Part shown: in pieces, positions 1-9,059 of the stretch | How the letters are laid out: every line of letters starts with the position of its first letter | Position numbering within the stretch: the first letter of the stretch is position 1 | IMG/VR virus record: IMGVR_UViG_3300021197_001635 | Location: 1 to 64,000 of that record | Length of the DNA stretch: 64,000 bases | Strand: one strand, 5' to 3' | Source of the DNA: a virus | Notes under the pieces: model-generated | What the model was told of the DNA's origin: nothing | Seen by the model: only the letters and a program-made list of their open reading frames with translations | The model's database searches: none | Translations under genes and position numbers: made by a program

Positions 1-1
1 C

Positions 2-469
2 TTCACTGTCGGGGCGGGGGGAGCGGCAGGAGTAGCCCTCAACGATGGTGCTGATGGTGGGAACACCACACTAGACAACATAGTCGCGCCTGGAGGTGGG
101 TCATCCACTAGTTTGTCTGGACCTTCTGCTGGTGGTGGAGGCAAGGGTGAAGCGGGAAACAGCAATACTACTGGAAGTCTAGCTGGAGCGGCGGCAAACG
201 GGAATATAACCAATACGAACGGCAGTGCAGGGGGGGCACAATCTGGTCTAAGTTCTTCTGGGACCGCTCTTGTGGGTAGCGACGGTGGAGATGCTGGAGG
301 TCCAGACGGAGGTGCGGGTGGTGACGGTGGAGAGATTCCTGTCACCAGTCAAACAGCAGCCGACGCTGGGGCAGCACCAGGCGGAGGTGGTGGTGGTGGT
401 GCGTCAACGGGTGGAGATGATGGTGGTGCAGGTGGAAACGGAAAAGTTATTGTAAAAGCATTTGGATGA
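2..469 (+). CDS. Glycine-rich virion/fibre protein, C-terminal part (starts upstream of window)
   Basis: Frame is open from base 2 (FTVGAGGAAGVALNDGADGGNTTLDNIVAPGGG...) and ends APGGGGGGG...GGAGGNGKVIVKAFG, typical of Gly-rich phage adhesin/fibre domains. Confidence 0.65.
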   Translation, partial: FTVGAGGAAGVALNDGADGGNTTLDNIVAPGGGSSTSLSGPSAGGGGKGEAGNSNTTGSLAGAAANGNITNTNGSAGGAQSGLSSSGTALVGSDGGDAGGPDGGAGGDGGEIPVTSQTAADAGAAPGGGGGGGASTGGDDGGAGGNGKVIVKAFG

Positions 470-473
470 AGAA

Positions 474-481
474 TATAAATA
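474..481 (+). promoter_or_regulatory. T4-type late (gp55) promoter
   Basis: TATAAATA 17 nt upstream of the likely PAAR start ATG at 498. Confidence 0.7.
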
Positions 482-497
482 CCTTCGGAGAGTGAGT

Positions 498-767
498 ATG
501 GCAGCAAGAGCGTTCATGGACACCGCACAGGGTCTAATACTACAAGGTTCCAACAGCACTGTTCTGGTGAACGGGATGCCTGGGGCTGTTCTATTATCTA
601 AAGTGGTGTCTCATGGTCCATGCCCATCTGTACATTGTGGTGCTCCCTTCATGATAGGATGTTCCAACACAGTATTTTTTGAGGGAATGCCCGCCTGTAC
701 TTTAGGGGACGTGGCAACTTGCGGTCACACTTGTACCAGTTCTAATAATGTGTTTGTGGGAGGTTAA
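498..767 (+). CDS. PAAR-like spike tip protein (T4 gp5.4-like)
   Basis: GSNSTVLVNGMP, SHGPCPSVH, CSNTVFFEGMPACTLGDVATCGH and SNNVFVGG with His/Cys metal ligands; ATG 498 with GGAG upstream preferred over TTG 462. Confidence 0.85.
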   Translation: MAARAFMDTAQGLILQGSNSTVLVNGMPGAVLLSKVVSHGPCPSVHCGAPFMIGCSNTVFFEGMPACTLGDVATCGHTCTSSNNVFVGG

Positions 768-772
768 TTAAG

Positions 773-2086
773 ATGGCATATTTACATACTACTTTTTCAA
801 CAGAGGGGGTATCAATACCTCACAGGACTCTAAGTAGTGCAGAAAAATCTGTAGTAGAACTGTGTCTAAGTGGAATAACCAGTGGAGCAACTCCTTTAGA
901 GAACCCAGTGGTTGGTAACGTAGAGTCCAGTTACATTCTGGCAGATGATATTAGGGAGCAGGCTATATCCCTACAGACCAATCCTTTTTCTTTAATAAAT
1001 TATAATACTCTGATATCAAGTCTCCAATCGCTCAAAACTAACCTTAAAGATAGCACTGATGGAAGCAGCAATGTTCTAAGACATACCAACAGGATAAGTG
1101 GTGCAGTATTGGGACCAGACGGTGAATTGATGGATTTCATGGGTCTCACCAGTGTAGCATCTTCATATAATAGCATCAAAGAGGCAATGAAAGGGGTCAC
1201 CGCTCCCACCGAAGACAATTATTCAACGATGTTCACCAGTGTCCTCGGATCTGGTGCTGGGGTTTTGGGCAGCCTATATGGAGTATTATCTGCAGCGACT
1301 GGTGGTACTGGGTCTATTAATCCTGCTGTCAACGACAGAGGTGTAACAGGCGCTCAAGAATCTGTCGACCAACTGATATTAGGAGTAAGTGTGAACAGCG
1401 ATGATCTGATGTCTCAGGTGGAGTCAGATAACAAAAATGCCGCATATGCTTTAAGTTATGTTACACGATTCGGATTGGGTCTATCTTTAGTCGGGATGGA
1501 GAAGGATTCTGCATTCGGTGCTAGACTCATAGACTCTGTTGGAAGCGAGGAGTTACAGACTGAACTGGCATCTGCAGTTGCAGGAGAACCTACAATAGCA
1601 GACGGTCCGTTTGCTGTGGATGGATATTACCCATTGTACCGAACTGCAAATGCTGCTATAGCAGCGAGTCCCACACCTGACATTGCTAGAGAAGGAGAAG
1701 ACACTCTAGGGTATCATATACATGTAATAGGTGACACAACTTATTATATGCCAAACGGTCTAGGAGGGCCTGGCAGTGGACTGCAATTCCATGGAGACTA
1801 CAGCACAAATCAGACTGCTGAAGATGACGAGGTGGAGACCCGATCTGCTACCAATGAAATCGCCACTGTGAAGCCTAGTACCAATACCTCCACAGCGGGC
1901 ACTATCTCTAGTGGTGACTCATCCACTTCATCTAGTGCCCCATCAACTCCATCTTCATCCAGCAGCAGTGAAGAATCCAGCAGCAGTGAAGACTCTAGCA
2001 GCAGTGAAGAATCCAGCAGCAGTGAAGACTCTAGCAGCAGTGAAGACTCTGGCAGTGGAGGTGGAGGAGGCTATGGAGGTTATTAG
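773..2086 (+). CDS. Hypothetical virion-associated protein with a small GYYPLY module and Ser/Glu-rich tail
   Basis: 437-aa ORF in the baseplate region; C-terminal SSSSEE/SSSSED repeats and GGGGGYGGY end. Confidence 0.5.
   Translation: MAYLHTTFSTEGVSIPHRTLSSAEKSVVELCLSGITSGATPLENPVVGNVESSYILADDIREQAISLQTNPFSLINYNTLISSLQSLKTNLKDSTDGSSNVLRHTNRISGAVLGPDGELMDFMGLTSVASSYNSIKEAMKGVTAPTEDNYSTMFTSVLGSGAGVLGSLYGVLSAATGGTGSINPAVNDRGVTGAQESVDQLILGVSVNSDDLMSQVESDNKNAAYALSYVTRFGLGLSLVGMEKDSAFGARLIDSVGSEELQTELASAVAGEPTIADGPFAVDGYYPLYRTANAAIAASPTPDIAREGEDTLGYHIHVIGDTTYYMPNGLGGPGSGLQFHGDYSTNQTAEDDEVETRSATNEIATVKPSTNTSTAGTISSGDSSTSSSAPSTPSSSSSSEESSSSEDSSSSEESSSSEDSSSSEDSGSGGGGGYGGY
1961..2050 (+). repeat. 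18-bp tandem repeat x5 (AGCAGCAGTGAAGA[A/C]TC[C/T]) encoding SSSE[E/D]S
   Basis: Units read directly at 1961, 1979, 1997, 2015, 2033. Confidence 0.9.
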
Positions 2087-2119
2087 TACTTTCTTACGCA
2101 ATAACTGAATGAGAAAACG

Positions 2120-2127
2120 TATAAATA
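2120..2127 (+). promoter_or_regulatory. T4-type late promoter
   Basis: Intergenic TATAAATA upstream of ORF 2168. Confidence 0.7.
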
Positions 2128-2167
2128 AATAGACATGTAAATAGAGTACAAGAAAGATTCGTCAAGC

Positions 2168-2842
2168 ATGGTTGAACACCCAACAAAAGAAGCATATAAT
2201 AGGTTCATGGAAGTGGATCTAATGGGCTCTTGGATGGAGATAGGTATTGCAATATCTGCCCTAATAGTGGGATTTTGTATGGGTTATCCTCTATTCAGAA
2301 GTTGGGTGAAGAAGAAGAAAGTAAACAAGACAAATCCTTGTTCCAACAATTTCAGGAACACCCACTCTAGAATACATGAATTCCTGACAGAGATACGGGT
2401 GAAAATGAACGCGGACAGGTCTTGCGTCCTACAGTTCCATAATGGTGGTTCATTCTTAGATGGATCTTCCATGAAGAAGTTCTCATTGACACATGAGTCA
2501 TGCTCGGTGGGTGTGCAGGAGTCAATGACGAGTAGATATGACCTGCTGGCATCTGCCTATGTAGAGATGCTAGACAGAATGTCTAAAGATGTGCTTGAGG
2601 TAGAGGCTACTTCAAATCTGCCAGACTGCAATTTTAAGAGGCATTTGGAGTCCAATCATACTCTAGTATTTGCGATCGCACCTATTAGGGATTCTAGGGG
2701 TGTCTTAATATCTGGGTTCCTGCTGTTAGAATGGTGTACTTGGGATAGTGCAGATATGATAGAAGATGACAGAATACCCATAGATATAAAAGAATACAGT
2801 AGATACATTGAGAGCAGACTATCAGAGGAGAAGAAGGCATGA
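2168..2842 (+). CDS. Single-TM protein with GAF-like domain, candidate holin/lysis regulator
   Basis: Hydrophobic helix EIGIAISALIVGFCMGYPLF, then KKKK and NADRSCVLQFHNGG...THE...FAIAPIRDSRGVLISGFLLLEW (GAF-like). Confidence 0.45.
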   Translation: MVEHPTKEAYNRFMEVDLMGSWMEIGIAISALIVGFCMGYPLFRSWVKKKKVNKTNPCSNNFRNTHSRIHEFLTEIRVKMNADRSCVLQFHNGGSFLDGSSMKKFSLTHESCSVGVQESMTSRYDLLASAYVEMLDRMSKDVLEVEATSNLPDCNFKRHLESNHTLVFAIAPIRDSRGVLISGFLLLEWCTWDSADMIEDDRIPIDIKEYSRYIESRLSEEKKA

Positions 2843-3225
2843 CAGATGCTAGGTATAAAGATTTAGATCTCGATTTCATAATGCATCCTTCTACAGGTGA
2901 TATCTCTTCTAAAACAGATGTAGAAGCCGTCAAAAGATCAGTAAGAAATTTGGTTCTTACTAATAAATATGAAAGACCATTTCAGCCTTTCCTATATGGA
3001 GGAGTGAGACAGTTCTTATTTGATTCCTTGTCGCCCATCACGGCCTTGGCGATTAGACAAAGCATAATGGATGCCATCATCAAGTATGAACCCAGGGCTT
3101 CCCTAATGGAGGTTCAGGTGATAGCAGACGATGAGAGGAATGCATTTGAGGTGACTATATGGTTCAGAGTGGTGAGCATAGAAGAACCAGTAATACTAAA
3201 CCTATTCTTAGAGAGATTAAGATAA
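2839..3225 (+). CDS. gp25: Baseplate wedge subunit gp25
   Basis: YKDLDLDF, AVKRSVRNLVLTNKYERPFQP, YEPRASL; precedes gp6. Confidence 0.92.
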   Translation: MTDARYKDLDLDFIMHPSTGDISSKTDVEAVKRSVRNLVLTNKYERPFQPFLYGGVRQFLFDSLSPITALAIRQSIMDAIIKYEPRASLMEVQVIADDERNAFEVTIWFRVVSIEEPVILNLFLERLR

Positions 3226-3226
3226 A

Positions 3227-5059
3227 ATGTCTACCAATAAGACCAACCTATCAGTGAACAGTCTAGACTTTGATACTATCAAAGACAGTCTCAAGGCTTA
3301 TCTGAAATCACAAAATGAGTTCAAGGATTTCAACTTCGATGGATCTGGTATGTCTATCCTCCTTGATATCTTATCCTATAATACCCATATGGAAGCGTTC
3401 TATAACAATATGATCGCTAATGAAATGTTCATGGACAGTGCTGCTAAGAGAAGCTCTATAGTCTCGATTGCTAAGCACCTAGGCTATACCCCGTCCTCTC
3501 CTAGATCAGCATCTGCCGCTGTTGATATTAAACTAGGGAGCACGGCGGGCATGGACTCCAACACCATAATACCAATCTACAGCAAATTCGTCAACTCATC
3601 TGGTGGTAAGCAGTATTCCTTCTTAAATACTGCCTCTGCTAGTGTCGATATCAATGCTACCGATGGAATCCATGTTAAAAATCTTGCCATCAAAGAAGGC
3701 AGAGTTGGTAGAATAGTTTACGTTAATGATTCTCAAGATGACGAGCAGAAATTTCTTCTAACCGAGTCTATGACTGATACCAGAACCTTAACGGTAAGGG
3801 TACAGGAATCTTCCACCGACACCACGGGGTATGTAGATAGCTGGACTCTAGCAGAAACTATTAATGATGTAACCTCCACCTCTAAGGTGTACTTCCTACA
3901 AGAGGTAGAGGATGGTAAATTTGAGGTCTATTTCGGTGATGACGTGGTGGGTAAGAAACTGACAGATGGAAATTTGGTCATATTGGAATATCTAATATCT
4001 TCTGGTTCTGCTGCCAATGATCTAGGAATAGCAGATGCCTCTGGTAATAGGACCTTCACCTATGGAGGTTCCAATAATGAAGTGATAGTCAAATCATTTT
4101 CTAGTGGTGGTGCTGAGAGGGAGACATCGAATTCAGTAAGATCCAATGCTCCCAAGTCTTACCAGGCCCAAAATAGAGCAGTTACAGTTGAAGATTACAA
4201 GTCTTTGTTGGCAGCGGACTACCCTGATGTAGAATCAATAAGCGTTTGGGGTGGAGAAGAGAACGACCCACCAGAATATGGTGCGGTGATGATATCATTC
4301 AAGCCCAAGACTGGCACTGCGATAACCCAAGCAACCAAAGATGGCATAATAAATTCTCTAGTATCTGATAAAGGGATAGTAGCGATAAGGGCGAAGATAG
4401 TAGATCCAAGATACATATACTTGATTATTAAAACAGTTGTCAACTATGACCCAGTGTCATTGTCGGTGGAAGAAGGGTCTTTGAAGACTTTGGTGAACAA
4501 CAAAATTACCAGATTTGTAGACAATGATTTAGAAAAGTTTACAAAAGGTCTAAGACATTCTAAGTTTGTGAGAGATATAGACACAACTGACCCTGCTATT
4601 CTAGGTAATGAGACCACAGTGAGTATGGAGTCTAGGTTGTTTCCTACAACTGGGCAAAGCAGATCATATGAGATTAATTTTGGGAACTCACTCTTCCATC
4701 CTTACTCTGGGTATGAATCTGTGATATCATCCACCCCCTTCAAATACACAGATATCAATGGGATTGAAAGAGATGCCTACCTAGACGATGACGGGGAAGG
4801 AAAATTGAGAATATATTACTTCAGCTCTGGTATTAAGACATACCTAACCAATAATGCTGGTCAGATTGATTATGAGACTGGTTTATTGAGATTAGTGAGT
4901 CTAACTTTCAACTCTGGCATCGATGAAGGATTTGTGAGGGTTTTTGCTGATCCTAGACTACTGGATATAGACTCTACTAAAAATACAATTCTGACTATAG
5001 ACAGAAGTGACCCCAATTCACTTGTAATTGATATGAACCCAGTTAGAGTGATAACCTGA
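3227..5059 (+). CDS. gp6: Baseplate wedge subunit gp6
   Basis: LDFDTIKDSLKAYLKSQNEFKDFNFDGSGMSILLDILSYNTH, FEVYFGD, AQNRAVTVEDY, VWGGEENDPPEYG. Confidence 0.93.
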   Translation: MSTNKTNLSVNSLDFDTIKDSLKAYLKSQNEFKDFNFDGSGMSILLDILSYNTHMEAFYNNMIANEMFMDSAAKRSSIVSIAKHLGYTPSSPRSASAAVDIKLGSTAGMDSNTIIPIYSKFVNSSGGKQYSFLNTASASVDINATDGIHVKNLAIKEGRVGRIVYVNDSQDDEQKFLLTESMTDTRTLTVRVQESSTDTTGYVDSWTLAETINDVTSTSKVYFLQEVEDGKFEVYFGDDVVGKKLTDGNLVILEYLISSGSAANDLGIADASGNRTFTYGGSNNEVIVKSFSSGGAERETSNSVRSNAPKSYQAQNRAVTVEDYKSLLAADYPDVESISVWGGEENDPPEYGAVMISFKPKTGTAITQATKDGIINSLVSDKGIVAIRAKIVDPRYIYLIIKTVVNYDPVSLSVEEGSLKTLVNNKITRFVDNDLEKFTKGLRHSKFVRDIDTTDPAILGNETTVSMESRLFPTTGQSRSYEINFGNSLFHPYSGYESVISSTPFKYTDINGIERDAYLDDDGEGKLRIYYFSSGIKTYLTNNAGQIDYETGLLRLVSLTFNSGIDEGFVRVFADPRLLDIDSTKNTILTIDRSDPNSLVIDMNPVRVIT

Positions 5060-5072
5060 GGAGGATCGATAG

Positions 5073-7079
5073 TTGTTAATACCTCTAATAGTAGGCGAAG
5101 AGCAGACCATTAATATCATATCTATTGATGGCATATCGGCTGGTACAGATGTGCCAGTTGATGTCTTTGTGGACGAACTTGTCCCAGAATTCGTATCAGT
5201 AGATCACCAGAAGTTTGTATCTTTCTTAAAGCATTATTACGTTTGGATGCAACAGGAGGGTAATCCTAAGTTTCAATCTTTTGATATGGACGGCATAAAT
5301 GATATAGATCATACTATAGATGATTTCAAAATCAATTTCTATAACCAGTATCTCCAGAACTTCCCAGTGCAGTTAGACAGCAGAGCAGACTTGGATAAAG
5401 TTCTTAAGAGGATAGTTGATGTCTATAAGATTAAGGGAACTGAGAAATCATATAAGACCCTATTTAGGATATTGTTTAACCAGACCCCCAGATTCCATTA
5501 TCCTTCTGAAGACATAATGAGACTCAGCGATGGAAACTGGGTAGAACCAACAATTATTAGAACCACCCAAACAAATAGCCTTAGTGATTTGTTTAATATG
5601 GTTGGAAGGCAAGTGGTCCAGAGGAAGATCACAGATGATACCGTAGAATCTTATGGGTTCATAGAATCAGTCATACCTTTCAGTGTTGGTGGATATGAGG
5701 TGGCAGAGCTGGAACTATCGGGCGTTTTTGGTGATTTTAGACCAGAGGGTTATCTGGAATGCGAGTTAGAAGATGGCAATCTGATAAAAGAATACATATA
5801 TCCTGGAATATCGGACATTAAGATCGTTGATGGCGGAACTGGTTATAATATAACTGATAATATAATCATTAGCGGTGGTAGAGGGAAAAATGCCTCTGCC
5901 AAAATATCAGATGTCGACAGCGGAGGCAAGATTTTAGCGGTTAATGTTAAAGATAGTGGTGTGAATTATAAACTTTCCGACGACATTAGCATCTCTATTA
6001 ACTCTCTGAACGGATCTGGTGCTACCCTAGGTTGCTCTGGTGGGGTTGCCCTAGACACTAGACCTGGCTTTTATTCTGGAGACGACGGACTTCTGGGTTC
6101 GGACAAAAGAATACAAGATAACTATTATTACCAAGACTTCTCTTATGTGGTTAAGTCCACTATGAATCTGAATGAGTATGGTGAGATATTAAAAAGGTTG
6201 ATTCATCCTGCTGGTCTTAAATTGTTCTCTGAGAGTCTATTTGAAGAGTTGAAGCAATTGGATACCAACGTGACAGAGACAAAAGTCGCGTATGAAGTTC
6301 CAATCGCTGGGCATTACACCCCATATATTTTCAACACGGTTAGAAACCTGCGTGCTAATGGTACTGGTGGTGTGGGTTCTACCTACCCAGGCTTCGACCT
6401 ATACCCACATGGCTATGGGTTCTCAGCGGCAGAGAGCGGGTTTTCTGCTGCTGAGTTCGGGTTGTCATCCACAGCAGCCCATAACCCATATGGACCAGCA
6501 CAAGGTGTATCTGGTCCCTTGGGAGGGGTTACTCATGGTGTAAGCACCAATACACTAAACAGACCTCAGGGGGAACAGTTTGCAGTTGATCCACTCGGTG
6601 GGATAAGCACTGGATCTTCTACCCTAGGTGTTCCAGGCGCCTCTGGTAATTACTGGATAATATATCCCCACCCAACCAGCAGGGGCATATCCACAATGCC
6701 CCTGAACAGTATTGGGTCTATAATAGATGTAGAATTATATAATACAGATGATTTCCCTTCTGAAGATACTTGGACCAATAGTGAGATAGTAACCCAGACT
6801 AACTCATTCGGTCAAGACGCATTAGGTGTGATACTGTCACAATACAAATCAGGCAAGTTTTTAAACCTCACTATTGCTAATATTGGGGGTGGGCAGTTCC
6901 TAGATAGGAATGTGGAAATTCATGGTGGGTCTGTTGGCAGATTGACTGGTGCTAGTGGTTCTTCAGCCCATATAAATAGCATAAACATTTCTGATACGAC
7001 CTCTCACTCCATTGATACACCCTTCAGTTACATACAGGTAAATGATTTCGTACATGGAATATTCAAGGATATAAGCTAG
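5073..7079 (+). CDS. gp7: Baseplate wedge initiator gp7-like
   Basis: KGTEKSYKTLFRILF, IQDNYYYQDFSYVVKS, LIHPAGLKLF; lies between gp6 and gp8. Confidence 0.8.
   Translation: MLIPLIVGEEQTINIISIDGISAGTDVPVDVFVDELVPEFVSVDHQKFVSFLKHYYVWMQQEGNPKFQSFDMDGINDIDHTIDDFKINFYNQYLQNFPVQLDSRADLDKVLKRIVDVYKIKGTEKSYKTLFRILFNQTPRFHYPSEDIMRLSDGNWVEPTIIRTTQTNSLSDLFNMVGRQVVQRKITDDTVESYGFIESVIPFSVGGYEVAELELSGVFGDFRPEGYLECELEDGNLIKEYIYPGISDIKIVDGGTGYNITDNIIISGGRGKNASAKISDVDSGGKILAVNVKDSGVNYKLSDDISISINSLNGSGATLGCSGGVALDTRPGFYSGDDGLLGSDKRIQDNYYYQDFSYVVKSTMNLNEYGEILKRLIHPAGLKLFSESLFEELKQLDTNVTETKVAYEVPIAGHYTPYIFNTVRNLRANGTGGVGSTYPGFDLYPHGYGFSAAESGFSAAEFGLSSTAAHNPYGPAQGVSGPLGGVTHGVSTNTLNRPQGEQFAVDPLGGISTGSSTLGVPGASGNYWIIYPHPTSRGISTMPLNSIGSIIDVELYNTDDFPSEDTWTNSEIVTQTNSFGQDALGVILSQYKSGKFLNLTIANIGGGQFLDRNVEIHGGSVGRLTGASGSSAHINSINISDTTSHSIDTPFSYIQVNDFVHGIFKDIS
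6971..6978 (+). promoter_or_regulatory. Putative late promoter for gp8 (inside 3' end of gp7)
   Basis: TATAAATA about 105 nt upstream of gp8 start. Confidence 0.45.
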
Positions 7080-7083
7080 AAAA

Positions 7084-9039
7084 ATGGCAAATGAACTAAA
7101 AAACTCATTCGTTACACACATCGCAGACCAACTGGTGAAGTCATTTTCACTCAGGTCAGATGATGCTATGTTCTTCTATATTGCCAGATCTCAAGAATGG
7201 TCTGGAGGCACTGCAAGCGATGTTTTGCCTCCTGCCTATGAAGACAATGCTGAATCTTTTCATGATGCTTGGAGAAGGATGCTTGGTGCTAAAAGGATAT
7301 CTGATACTGATATCTACTTGATGGCAGATAAAAATCCTTGGACTCAGGGGACCGTCTATCAAGAATATAGAGACGATCTAGATATGTCCCAAACCACATT
7401 CTATGTCACCAACTCTCAAAACAACGTATACAAATGTATATCCAACAACAGTGATGCTCAGTCAACTGCATCTCCATTTGGTTCACCATTAGAGGTGTTT
7501 CAGACTTCAGATGGTTATAAATGGAAGTTCTTATTCAGGATTCCTGAGGCACAAGTCGATTTCATAACTGATACCGAAATACCAATCAGAAATCTAGTGG
7601 TAGAACCCAATGTACCAGATAAGTTCGAAGATGACAGATTTCTTCAATATGCTGCTCAGTTCAATGCGGTAAATGGCTCCATTGAGAACATAAAGGTTGT
7701 CAGCAAAGGTAACAATTATGGTAGATCAACCCCAGCAAGATTCATTGGTCCAGAAGCAGATCGCACGATAGTAGTCAGCTCTACATCCAATACAGTCACA
7801 TTAAATCCAGTCGAGAGTGCAGTCAATGATCTATATAACACCTACCAAATAGGAATTGTTTCGGGCACTGGTATCGGACAGAGAAGGACTATCTCGGACT
7901 ATGATGGAGGAACTAGAGTTGCCACCCTCACTACTAATTGGGATACACAACCAGATACCACTAGTTATTATGAAATCACCCCAGACATAGGGATAGACGG
8001 AGATGGAGTTAGTGCGGATGCCAAGATAGTGGTAGATGCTATAGGTGGTGTCGAATCTGTGGAAATCTTGAATAAAGGCACTGGTTATACACGTGCTACC
8101 GTGGTTTGTCCTACTACTATAGTTGGTGGGGGTTGTACTCTAGATGCCCAGATCAGTCCATATGGAGGTCATGCATCAGATCCAGTAGCAGAAATATTCC
8201 CAACCAAGGCTATGATATTGGTCAAACTGCAGAGAGATGAAGATGGGGAAATACCTGTCAAAAATGATTTTAGGCAGTATGGCATACTACGGAACCCCAT
8301 AATCAATACTGGATATAGTGGTGCTGGTAAAATCGCTAGTAAAGAACTTGATGTATTCAATGACCTCAAGATTAGGTCTGCTACTGGTTCTGTATTCACC
8401 ACCAATTCGTTTGAAGTGGGAGGAAAGATATTCGGAGTGAACACTTCCACCTGCGGAGAAATAGTCAAGTGGAACAGAAGCACCGATATTGCTAAGGGAG
8501 TCCTTAAGCTGAAAGGGGTCGATGGAGAATTCGATCTCAGTGAACCCCTAGCATCAGTGAATCTGGTCGGTGATGTGTGGTCCTCCTCTGGAACCGACCA
8601 AGCATTCGTAGAGTTTATGGATCCACCAGTCATTGCTACCTCTCTAGACTCGTATAGACTTACCACTAGGTTAGTGGTCGGACCGACTGCTGGAGATGTA
8701 GGTCACCAATTCGTAGAATCGAACTGGTCTGAAGATATGGGTATAACTGGTGCATGCGGTGGAACTGCTAGATTGGTGTATTGGACCAACGCAGCTGCAA
8801 CAGGAGCTACTGTGGAGTTATATCTTTCTCATGTCATGGGAATATCTAACGGACACGAATACGGATTCACCGCTGGTGAAAACATTACTGGGCTATCTAT
8901 TAGCACTAATATAAATACGATAGAACAGCCTAAGTTTCTTTCTGGTTCAGGTGCAATCATACATGCAGCAAATATTAAACCAGTAGAGAGACATTTCGAG
9001 CAGGAAGAAGAGCTTAAGATTGTAATAGATCTTGTGTAA
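7084..9039 (+). CDS. gp8: Baseplate wedge subunit gp8
   Basis: FYVTNSQNNVYKCISNN, TSDGYKWKFLF, SPYGGHASDP, NDFRQYGILRNP, QEEELKIVI. Confidence 0.88.
   Translation: MANELKNSFVTHIADQLVKSFSLRSDDAMFFYIARSQEWSGGTASDVLPPAYEDNAESFHDAWRRMLGAKRISDTDIYLMADKNPWTQGTVYQEYRDDLDMSQTTFYVTNSQNNVYKCISNNSDAQSTASPFGSPLEVFQTSDGYKWKFLFRIPEAQVDFITDTEIPIRNLVVEPNVPDKFEDDRFLQYAAQFNAVNGSIENIKVVSKGNNYGRSTPARFIGPEADRTIVVSSTSNTVTLNPVESAVNDLYNTYQIGIVSGTGIGQRRTISDYDGGTRVATLTTNWDTQPDTTSYYEITPDIGIDGDGVSADAKIVVDAIGGVESVEILNKGTGYTRATVVCPTTIVGGGCTLDAQISPYGGHASDPVAEIFPTKAMILVKLQRDEDGEIPVKNDFRQYGILRNPIINTGYSGAGKIASKELDVFNDLKIRSATGSVFTTNSFEVGGKIFGVNTSTCGEIVKWNRSTDIAKGVLKLKGVDGEFDLSEPLASVNLVGDVWSSSGTDQAFVEFMDPPVIATSLDSYRLTTRLVVGPTAGDVGHQFVESNWSEDMGITGACGGTARLVYWTNAAATGATVELYLSHVMGISNGHEYGFTAGENITGLSISTNINTIEQPKFLSGSGAIIHAANIKPVERHFEQEEELKIVIDLV
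8910..8917 (+). promoter_or_regulatory. Putative late promoter (inside 3' end of gp8)
   Basis: TATAAATA about 145 nt upstream of ORF 9060. Confidence 0.45.
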
Positions 9040-9059
9040 ATCAGGAGATACCCCAAAAC

